Shown one piece after another: positions 16,764 through 24,177 of a DNA stretch of 24,461 nt. This stretch comes from a virus (Duplodnaviria > Caudoviricetes): IMG/VR virus record IMGVR_UViG_3300044274_000328, positions 1 to 24,461 of that record, one strand, 5' to 3'. Position numbers and translations under genes: made by a program. A model generated the notes under the pieces. The model was not told where the DNA came from, ran no database searches, and saw only the letters and a program-made list of their open reading frames with translations. Every line of letters starts with the position of its first letter. The stretch's first letter is position 1.

Positions 16764-17381
16764 TCACTGGGCGAGCGAAATTTCCATGTCGAACAAGTCA
16801 CTGAACCTTGAGAGAAATGTGTTTCGGGCTTTGCGCGGTCCCCACATGAAGAACTGAGGGTCCAAGTGTTTTAGGGTCAATTCAGGCTTGAACGGAACTT
16901 CCCACATGGCACGAGGATCGTCATAGACCACCTCACTTTCTAAGATGCATACCGCCACATCACAGTGATGAACACGTTCTGCGATCTGGTCGTTGTACGG
17001 AATACTCCACTTCCTTCGAACCAAGTCGGCAACCGTTTCCTCTTGAGAACAAAAAACAGGATTTGCCGATTTCACGGGGCTAATCATGTCGCCCAGCCAA
17101 CCTTCTGTTACATCATGAGCCAAAGCCCATTTTCGTCCATCTTCATCGTCTGGGTACTTTAAGGAGTAGTACTTTTCGACGTAGACTGAGTGCTGAGCAA
17201 CGGAGTAAATGCAGTCGTCGAAACCGCCGCCAAGAGAAAATTGGCCATTGAACCGACATTGTCGGCTCAACCCGGAGGCGGCATCTACAATATCAAGTTC
17301 ATCAATGCTGGGATTTAGTACGTGGAACTTCTTACTTGTTGAAGTGAGAAGCCAAGGACCTTTAGACTGCGATACCGTCAT
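16764..17381 (-). CDS. HD-domain phosphohydrolase (YfbR-like 5'-deoxynucleotidase family)
   Basis: RFNGQ, YSVAQHSV, LAHDVTEGWLGDMISPVK, HHCD. Confidence 0.9.
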   Translation of the reverse strand: MTVSQSKGPWLLTSTSKKFHVLNPSIDELDIVDAASGLSRQCRFNGQFSLGGGFDDCIYSVAQHSVYVEKYYSLKYPDDEDGRKWALAHDVTEGWLGDMISPVKSANPVFCSQEETVADLVRRKWSIPYNDQIAERVHHCDVAVCILESEVVYDDPRAMWEVPFKPELTLKHLDPQFFMWGPRKARNTFLSRFSDLFDMEISLAQ

Positions 17382-17383
17382 AT

Positions 17384-17429
17384 TGTCGCTTTCTGTGACA
17401 TAATGTTCGTTTGGTAAGTAAAAATGACA
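17384..17429. promoter_or_regulatory. Two degenerate operator copies upstream of the HD gene
   Basis: TGTCG-CTTTCTG-TGACA (17384-17400) and GGTAA-GTAAAAA-TGACA (17413-17429). Confidence 0.65.
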
Positions 17430-17435
17430 CCATAG

Positions 17436-19265
17436 TCAAGAAGAAATCATCGTTTCATTTCCTCTTGCATCTAATGCCTCATATATGACGCCCATTTTCT
17501 CTAAGAGTTTCATAGCCATCCGTGCTTCAATCGAACCGTCAACAACGAGGTGTTGCACCATAACGGCGTTTTTCTGCCCCATTCGCCAAGCACGATCCTC
17601 TGCCTGTTCAATGAGTGCAGGTACCCAATCTAACTCAGCAAAGACGACAAAACGTCCACGGACCATGGTGAAGCCCACCCCCATCGCAAGGATGTTCCCA
17701 AGAGCAACATCGATTTCACCTGCTTGATAAGCGTCCACAACAGGCTGTCTTTTGTTTGAAGGAACACTTCCAGTAATGACGCCGACAGATATATCGGATT
17801 TTGTAAGCCTTTCTCGAAGAGCTTCGATAACAGCCTTGTGGTATGCAAATAGGATTACCGGTTCCTCACATTCAACAAGCTTTTTGACGTGATCGACGAC
17901 GAGACCTACTTTCGCAAGCGCGACTTCCTCACGTGCCTCGGACAGTTGGGTGAAAAGTATCTGTTCAGGTTCTGATAAAGTTCTTACAGCGGCGTCCCAG
18001 TCAGGTTCTTCGCTGTCCTGTTTCTCCAAAGCTGATTCAAGTTTTTGACTAAGGTTGTCGATCAGATCGATAAATCGGAAAGGATTGTCTGGCTCCTTGA
18101 CACCCACCAACGCCTCAAACGCGGACAGAGCTTTTTCCATAGCCGTTTGTTCACGCTTTACCGGCGCTTCTAGCCGGTCTTTTGGCAGCATGATCAGTTC
18201 ACGTGTTTTTGGCGGCAGTTCGCTGAGAACGGCCTCCTTGTCGCGCCGCACCATGAAGCGCTCTCGAAGCAGTCTATTCAATTCATCAAGGTTGGAAGCG
18301 CCACTAGAGTCCAGTCCGAAGTCGCTTTCGTATCCTTCGCAGTATTGCATGATAAAGTAGTCACGATTGCTGCCTAGGCCTTTTGGGTCACAAGACCGGA
18401 TCAGAACCCAAAGATCGATAGGGCGGGACAGTATCGGAGTACCTGTTAAGTAGGTGTGTATTTTGGCACGTATAGGCGTCAGCCGCTTTGAACGCTCTAC
18501 CACAACACCGTCGACCTTTCTGGCTTTCTTCAGCCCGCCAAAAGTACATTTTGTTCGTATGGCAGTCTTCGACTTTAGAAGGTGACACTCATCAAATACT
18601 ACTTGATCCCATTCGATCTCTTTGATTTGCGCGTCAAACGTCAGCATCATGTCATAGTTGACGATGACAACATCAGTTTCAGGCCAGCAATGATCAGTCC
18701 ATCGACGTACATACTTGTCGCCGGTATCCGGATCAGTTTCCGTATTTGATCTTGGAACTGACATAGCGATACCAACAGACAGGCCGTGTACATCCCATCT
18801 CTTCCATTCTCGTGACCAGTTTACTTTCAATGATGCCGGACAAACGATCAAAACGTGTTTCGTCTTTTTCACGTTATGGATGCCGATTGCCATGACAGTC
18901 TTTCCCAGACCTGGTGGATCAGCAATCAGTGTGCGCTCCCGACTACAGGCATACTCGATACCTGCGCGCTGGAAGGGGCGGTAGGATAGACCTTCAGGGG
19001 CAGGAAACTGAGCATCTGTATCTTCAGCCCAAGAAGCGGCGACCACCGCCCTGCGAACGGCCTCTTCGTTCTCCAGGTATTGTCTGGCCTGTCCAACAGA
19101 ATATTTGAAAAGCGGGCGAGCTTTTTCGGCCTCTGTTGTGGTCCACCGTCTACCCCATCCAGGTACAACGTGAACGCCCCAACCACTATTTTTGAATATA
19201 TTTCTTTCAGCGTAGGTACAATGCGTAGCAACGAACTGTCCATCAATGCGGTCGAACTGGGGCAG
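17436..19265 (-). CDS. SNF2-family (HARP-like) helicase/ATPase
   Basis: ADPPGLGKT, CPAS, DECH, TGTP, GVGFTM, QAEDRAWRMGQ. The frame stays open upstream of the track's GTG 19046 as far as 19274; a CTG start at 19265 is proposed and is less certain than the gene call. Confidence 0.92.
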   Translation of the reverse strand: MPQFDRIDGQFVATHCTYAERNIFKNSGWGVHVVPGWGRRWTTTEAEKARPLFKYSVGQARQYLENEEAVRRAVVAASWAEDTDAQFPAPEGLSYRPFQRAGIEYACSRERTLIADPPGLGKTVMAIGIHNVKKTKHVLIVCPASLKVNWSREWKRWDVHGLSVGIAMSVPRSNTETDPDTGDKYVRRWTDHCWPETDVVIVNYDMMLTFDAQIKEIEWDQVVFDECHLLKSKTAIRTKCTFGGLKKARKVDGVVVERSKRLTPIRAKIHTYLTGTPILSRPIDLWVLIRSCDPKGLGSNRDYFIMQYCEGYESDFGLDSSGASNLDELNRLLRERFMVRRDKEAVLSELPPKTRELIMLPKDRLEAPVKREQTAMEKALSAFEALVGVKEPDNPFRFIDLIDNLSQKLESALEKQDSEEPDWDAAVRTLSEPEQILFTQLSEAREEVALAKVGLVVDHVKKLVECEEPVILFAYHKAVIEALRERLTKSDISVGVITGSVPSNKRQPVVDAYQAGEIDVALGNILAMGVGFTMVRGRFVVFAELDWVPALIEQAEDRAWRMGQKNAVMVQHLVVDGSIEARMAMKLLEKMGVIYEALDARGNETMISS

Positions 19266-19269
19266 GGGA

Positions 19270-19725
19270 CTAACCTAACAGAATGGGGACAATGAGGATT
19301 TTGTGAGTCGTGTTTTCAAGTGCCTCCACAAACCTAGGCACCGCTACATATCCTTCCGGCACGGCAGTGATCTCTACGATGTCGGCACACGTTTCGGCAG
19401 GTTCGGCTAAGCTGCCTTCACAAGGCGCGTTCCTTGTTCTGCGCTGAATCCACTCTATCGTTCCTTCGCCTCCAGACGGAAGTTCGACCGTTTCGCTTCC
19501 GTATACGACGTGTTGGCTAGTGTAGGTCGTTGTGTTGATGTAGTTAATTATCCATCCATTGAGAATTTTTTCTCCAGCGTAATTCTCAATTTCATTTGGG
19601 GTTACGTAGACTTCATCTTCCGGGAAAACGAACTCATGCGCCCTGTGAGGTTGAGAATATGCGGGCGCTGTACACATTGCCAACAAGCATAGTGGCAGCA
19701 AGAAGCTGAAAGGCGAAGGTTTCAT
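19270..19725 (-). CDS. Secreted hypothetical protein with signal peptide
   Basis: MKPSPFSFLLPLCLLAMCTAPAYS signal-like N-terminus with an A-x-S cleavage site, and a Cys pair in the mature part. ATGA overlap with the upstream ORF. Confidence 0.75.
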   Translation of the reverse strand: MKPSPFSFLLPLCLLAMCTAPAYSQPHRAHEFVFPEDEVYVTPNEIENYAGEKILNGWIINYINTTTYTSQHVVYGSETVELPSGGEGTIEWIQRRTRNAPCEGSLAEPAETCADIVEITAVPEGYVAVPRFVEALENTTHKILIVPILLG

Positions 19726-20408
19726 ACCGCTTCCTTGAATTGGTTGTTTTCAATATCAACATCAACATCAAAGACTGGCAGATGCGGTCGAAGAGGATTT
19801 TCGGGATACCATGTCATCCCGCGTATCAGTGGAGACAGTCCAAATTCCTTTTCGAAAAATGGGTCAGACATTGACAGTTTTTTTGAGGCTGCATGGAGAA
19901 CTTCTCTCTGGGAAAGCTGAGCCATATGGTTCCTGGAAAGCTCAACTTTGGTACGTGATTTTTTGTCTCTCCAAGGCTGAACAACAACCCAGTCCATTCC
20001 CATGTAAGGGTCATCAGCGGGGAGAAAGTCAGAGATCGTAACGGGTTCGTAGAAGTTTAGTCGGCCTATCGAAACTGAGTGCACAACGAGGTAGGGATCG
20101 TCAAATGGGGAGGCACCTGAAGCTGGTATAAAGTCGATACCTCGAACCCAAGTTACTGTGAATTCGCAGGTGTCTTCACGACAGGTCCCCCAATGTTCCA
20201 TCCACGGGGCAATCCAGTCCAAAAGTGCAGACTGCTCTTCATAGCTTCCATCTATCGGTTTGACCTCAGCTATTCCTGAAAAGACGCTGATTATGGCTCG
20301 AACACCGCTCAAGTTAGTCTTTGGAAGATATACTGTATCAGCGTGTTTAGAAGTCGGGTGTGATTCATCGCATGCTTCGGAAAAAGATTTGAACTGATTG
20401 ACGCTCAT
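19722..20408 (-). CDS. Hypothetical protein
   Basis: 228-aa ORF coupled by ATGA overlaps on both sides. No recognisable motif. Confidence 0.75.
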   Translation of the reverse strand: MSVNQFKSFSEACDESHPTSKHADTVYLPKTNLSGVRAIISVFSGIAEVKPIDGSYEEQSALLDWIAPWMEHWGTCREDTCEFTVTWVRGIDFIPASGASPFDDPYLVVHSVSIGRLNFYEPVTISDFLPADDPYMGMDWVVVQPWRDKKSRTKVELSRNHMAQLSQREVLHAASKKLSMSDPFFEKEFGLSPLIRGMTWYPENPLRPHLPVFDVDVDIENNQFKEAV

Positions 20409-20551
20409 TTACCTGCTACTTTCTTTACTTTTTCGTCCGTTTCCAAGCGACTGATTGCTTCAAGGGCAATCAGTCTTAGGACGGCTTCAGAGTTTGGGCC
20501 TTGAGCGGCCTGCTTTAGTTGAGAGAGTGTGGACTTTTTGTAGTCGGTCAT
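20405..20551 (-). CDS. 48-aa small protein missing from the ORF track
   Basis: MTDYKKSTLSQLKQAAQGPNSEAVLRLIALEAISRLETDEKVKKVAGK. AGGT lies 7 nt upstream, the ORF fills the gap exactly, and its TGA overlaps the next ATG. Confidence 0.75.
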   Translation of the reverse strand: MTDYKKSTLSQLKQAAQGPNSEAVLRLIALEAISRLETDEKVKKVAGK

Positions 20552-20560
20552 CACAGAGAC

Positions 20561-21646
20561 CTACTTCTCGATCCGATTAATCCAGTCTTGAAGAGTGGTC
20601 CTCGGAATACCTGTTTTTCGGGAGTATCCGCGTTGACCGTGCTGGGATACACCATTCAGGATCGCGCTAGATGTGTAGGCTTCACCATTGCGAGTGAAGA
20701 TTATTCCGGTGTCCTCTTCGTCCATACCGTCGTCATCGTCGAGTTGATCATCTTCATCGATATCAGAAAGAAACTCGTCTTCTTCGCTCCATCCGTCCGT
20801 TAGATCGGTATCGAATTCGACGTCCAGATCAATGTCCAAGTCACAATCGAGTTCGTACTCAATCGTTAGAACTGATGTGTCTTCATCCGTAGCGGTGATA
20901 GTCACACTCTGAACTTCATGCGCGTTGTTTACGAAAGACTCTTCAGCGTCTCCCAATACTTCGTATTTGCAAACGCGCATCTTTGCGAAGTTGTAGTCTC
21001 CTGGGACGGCAACGACATCTTCCGGGGACACCTTGCACGCAATGACTTTGTATCCATCGGTCGTTGCATAGTAGGAGTCTAAGTAGCTAGATGCCGCAAC
21101 ATGAAGCCCATACGAACAGGTGGATTTTGGATCAGGATCAACACTTTCGCGAGGAACCTGGACAACCTTTCCAGGAGAGTTGTCAAACTTTCCGCTGTGA
21201 ATGTCACGGTAATTGCCTCGCACCCGTTTGAACGCAATGAAGTGTCCGTCTTGAGTCAACGGAGCGTTCCAAACGTTTAAGAACTCGTACAGACATTCTT
21301 TACTTCGCGGTGACGGGTTTTTCATGACCAAGTCCATGAACCGCGCCCAAATAGTTGCGTCGCGGCCTGCGTCTAATAGGTTCAATAGACGCAAGGCGAG
21401 TGCTGTGTGTACAGGTGATCCCGCATAGTAGACGGTTGATCCGACAACAGATACCGCGCCTTCTGACAACCGGGCCAAACGGCTTGGTTTGTCGATATGG
21501 GTCTCCAAGAAATCATAGTCATGTTCATCTTGGGAAAGATGTTCAGCAACCTCCTCAAAGTATTCATAACTCGACGGGATGCTGTGAAGTTTGCCGTTGA
21601 AGAATGCGGAGATACTGCTGTCGGAGAGGTTGTACGCATAATGCAT
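20561..21646 (-). CDS. rIIB: rIIB-like protein with acidic linker and C-terminal HTH
   Basis: NPSPRSKECLYEFL, TQDGHFIAFKRV, CSYGLHV, DVVAVPGDY, KMRVCKYEV. Start moved to ATG 21646, which has CAGGAG upstream. Confidence 0.92.
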   Translation of the reverse strand: MHYAYNLSDSSISAFFNGKLHSIPSSYEYFEEVAEHLSQDEHDYDFLETHIDKPSRLARLSEGAVSVVGSTVYYAGSPVHTALALRLLNLLDAGRDATIWARFMDLVMKNPSPRSKECLYEFLNVWNAPLTQDGHFIAFKRVRGNYRDIHSGKFDNSPGKVVQVPRESVDPDPKSTCSYGLHVAASSYLDSYYATTDGYKVIACKVSPEDVVAVPGDYNFAKMRVCKYEVLGDAEESFVNNAHEVQSVTITATDEDTSVLTIEYELDCDLDIDLDVEFDTDLTDGWSEEDEFLSDIDEDDQLDDDDGMDEEDTGIIFTRNGEAYTSSAILNGVSQHGQRGYSRKTGIPRTTLQDWINRIEK

Positions 21647-21660
21647 GATTGTTGCTCCTG

Positions 21661-21738
21661 TGTAAGAAAAAATGACACCACTAAGCAGAAGAAAGAATTG
21701 GCTGCGATTCTTTGCGACTGATGTCACAATTTATGACA
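21661..21738. promoter_or_regulatory. Operator copy 7 (21722-21738, inside the rIIA 3' end) and a near copy (21661-21677) upstream of rIIB
   Basis: TGTCA-CAATTTA-TGACA and TGTAA-GAAAAAA-TGACA. Confidence 0.8.
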
Positions 21739-23825
21739 TAGCTCCGCAGCGTGTCAACGTTTTCTTCATCACAAGATAGATAATCAGGGATAAGTGACAA
21801 CATCGGATACGCTTCCTTGATTTCTGATGTCAGAAAGTCTGCCGTGGAAACGAAGACATGGTCCTGAACGTCTGGATCATCGTCTGGAAAGTATTGATCC
21901 AGTGCTCGGGCGATCAGTCGATAGCTTCTCGCGTCAAAATCAGTAAGTCCGTGTATTTCATCCTGAAAGTTTTTCAGCTTTCTAACGACACTGTCCTCAT
22001 CTAGTTCTGCACAATCCAAGGCTTCTAAGCAGCGTGGAAACGAGTAATCATTGCGTGCCCGAGACGCCGCCGTTTGATCCGCAATCATGTCAACGAAATT
22101 GAAAGTCAGCGATTGGAACCATTTGGTTGCAAAAGATCGTAAGGTAACCCACTGACTACCTGCGAACTGCTTTCTCAACGTGTGCGGAACGCCAAAAACC
22201 TTAGTCTCGCGAGAAATGGCTCCGACCTGATACAACAAATCAATGAGTCTGATTGTTGAAACGCCAAAAAAGGGATCGGCATTTGTGTTTCGTTTGAGCG
22301 GAATGTATATCCCTCCGGACTTCATATCTTCTTCAGTCAGTTCAGCCCGCGTGTCGAAGTTGTAACCGTCGTATGCCCGTGCTTGCACAGGACGACGAGG
22401 TGATCGAGTTTTGTATTGCTCTGAGGACCGCTCTGGCTCATCGAGGTCAGATACCATGATGATCCTTGCACCATCATACATATCGAAAAACCTGATCATA
22501 TCTTGCGTAATACCACGCGTGGAGAAAACCTTAACCCAGAGGAAAGCTTCTGAAGCAGTACGCTCTTCGTTGAGTTTGATACGTGTTGCTGCCTTACGAA
22601 ACTTTCGGCATTCAGTCAGGTCTTCCACGTAGATTGTAAGATTTTCGTACGCCGGGATGTCTTGTGTGTACTGAGATTGGAATCGATACTGTTTGTGACG
22701 GCGGCGGCTGTGGTCAAAATATGAAGCGCTCCACCCTCCTGAGAAAACTGTTTTGATGCGGTTCGCGGTTTGCATGCCATTCCATGACACCCCCCGAGAT
22801 AGTTCATCTCGGATTTTGTATGGAAGAGCACCGTTTCTTTCCATACGTCGCGTGGCAACGCATGCCTTGTAGTAGGTAGGTGCACCAAAAATCTCTTCTC
22901 GAAATTTCTCGACCATCTCGACTTCAATGCGTTTTAGCGCCTCTTTGATCGAGTCTGCTGTTGGTTCGTCACGACCATAAGACAAGGCTTCTCGGCTTGC
23001 GGTAATTTCCAGATCACCCATTTCGAAGTCGATAATCAGGGTTTTGCGTAGAAGCTCTCTGTGAACTTCTTCTAGGTCATCCAAGGCGTTGGCATTGATC
23101 GGATACAAAACCGGTCCCATGCGAGCGTAGGCGGTGCTAGAAAATCCATCAATTACGCCGTTAAGCAGACGCCAGCCTTCACCTGAGAGAAGAACATCAA
23201 AAGCAGGCCAGGAAAAACCAGGCTGAGACGGAACGGACGGTTTCACATCGAAGCCGTGGCTGACACGTTTTGCAGCCCGGGAAAAAGCGTTTACATCGGC
23301 CTTTACGACTGGGAACGATACTTCCACTCCATTTTGTTCATCACTCTCCTGTGTGCCCAGAAGGTGGATAGCGGGCACGCCATCTGATCCAATCATAGCC
23401 GAATAGAAGCGAGACACCCCGTCCTTGTGCGACGTCACGGTGAAATTATCAGTATAGGCAAACGGGGATTTCGAACCGATGCCGAACTTTCCGGTGGCCT
23501 CGTTTGTGTTTTCCTTTGTCGAGGTGCCGAGGTCTGTGTACAGATTCATGACCTCGTCGTGGGTCAAGCCCACTCCATAGTCTCGAACACGAAAGGTAGG
23601 GTCGAAGGAGTTGGGGAATGAAACATCGAATGGTCGTTCTGCACATCCCGCGAGTACATGTGAATCCAAGGCGTTTGACCAAATCTCCCGAGTGATAGAT
23701 TCCTCTTTGTTTTCGTAAAGCCCATCGATCAGAATTTTGAATATTTTTGCGTTATCGGAGATCGTAAACTGGCTCGACTCTGCTGCATTTACTTGAACAT
23801 TTCGGGATGTGTTCTGGCTGATCAT
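21681..23825 (-). CDS. rIIA: rIIA-like protein with N-terminal GHKL ATPase
   Basis: REIWSNALDSH, VRDYGVGL, GKFGIGSKSPFAY, ITASREALSY. Paired with rIIB. Start moved to ATG 23825, which has AAGGAG upstream. Confidence 0.92.
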   Translation of the reverse strand: MISQNTSRNVQVNAAESSQFTISDNAKIFKILIDGLYENKEESITREIWSNALDSHVLAGCAERPFDVSFPNSFDPTFRVRDYGVGLTHDEVMNLYTDLGTSTKENTNEATGKFGIGSKSPFAYTDNFTVTSHKDGVSRFYSAMIGSDGVPAIHLLGTQESDEQNGVEVSFPVVKADVNAFSRAAKRVSHGFDVKPSVPSQPGFSWPAFDVLLSGEGWRLLNGVIDGFSSTAYARMGPVLYPINANALDDLEEVHRELLRKTLIIDFEMGDLEITASREALSYGRDEPTADSIKEALKRIEVEMVEKFREEIFGAPTYYKACVATRRMERNGALPYKIRDELSRGVSWNGMQTANRIKTVFSGGWSASYFDHSRRRHKQYRFQSQYTQDIPAYENLTIYVEDLTECRKFRKAATRIKLNEERTASEAFLWVKVFSTRGITQDMIRFFDMYDGARIIMVSDLDEPERSSEQYKTRSPRRPVQARAYDGYNFDTRAELTEEDMKSGGIYIPLKRNTNADPFFGVSTIRLIDLLYQVGAISRETKVFGVPHTLRKQFAGSQWVTLRSFATKWFQSLTFNFVDMIADQTAASRARNDYSFPRCLEALDCAELDEDSVVRKLKNFQDEIHGLTDFDARSYRLIARALDQYFPDDDPDVQDHVFVSTADFLTSEIKEAYPMLSLIPDYLSCDEENVDTLRSYVINCDISRKESQPILSSA

Positions 23826-23970
23826 GGTTGTGTGGCTCCTTAACTGGATTTCGCGTTTCGGTGAGGCTGGTGTAAGAAATTCTGGCCCGATTCGCAAGAA
23901 AAATTGACACATCTAGCTGATAGATGTTAGAAAAAATTACTTGCCATGTCATACTTCGAGGTATATCGGC
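23826..23970. promoter_or_regulatory. Divergent promoter region with degenerate operator copies
   Basis: AT-rich gap between divergent units. Plus-strand TTGACA at 23904-23909; minus-strand TTGCGA-17 nt-TACACC. Degenerate sites at 23871-23887, 23893-23909 and 23925-23941. Confidence 0.6.
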
Positions 23971-24177
23971 GTGAGTGCAGCACCAAAGTGCATTTGTCCG
24001 GCGGATGGTCGGATGATCTCCTCAGGAGATCGCGTTTACTTATACGAACCAGGCGCGGAGACGCGTGTGGGGAATGTTGTTCAGCGCGATGCGTCTAAGG
24101 TCCACATATTCAGAAAGGATTGTCCGGTCCATGGTTATACAGTCACGATTGATGATCTCCCGGTGACCACAGAATGA
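23971..24177 (+). CDS. Small Cys/His-containing hypothetical protein
   Basis: GAGGT lies 8 nt before GTG 23971. CxC...CPVH pattern. Stop overlaps the next ATG. Confidence 0.6.
   Translation: MSAAPKCICPADGRMISSGDRVYLYEPGAETRVGNVVQRDASKVHIFRKDCPVHGYTVTIDDLPVTTE

Noticed and set aside
6767-17381. 2-aminoadenine (Z) genome pathway
   Set aside because: There is no purZ in the window. HD and MazG-like genes alone are not diagnostic.
18926-19246. 106-aa ORF, or a frameshifted helicase N-terminus
   Set aside because: The helicase's own frame is open across this interval and gives a more protein-like sequence, so no frameshift is needed.
1287-21738. TGTCA-N7-TGACA as a host CRP/FNR site, Pho box or CtrA site
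   Set aside because: CRP is TGTGA-N6-TCACA, FNR is TTGAT-N4-ATCAA, Pho boxes are 11-bp direct repeats and CtrA is TTAA-N7-TTAA. None fits, though another host factor is not excluded.
30-23682. The many plus-strand and nested minus-strand ORFs in the track (e.g. 1210-1611, 4255-4839, 11391-12101, 15338-15841)
   Set aside because: They are shadows of well-supported minus-strand genes and show no recognisable motifs.
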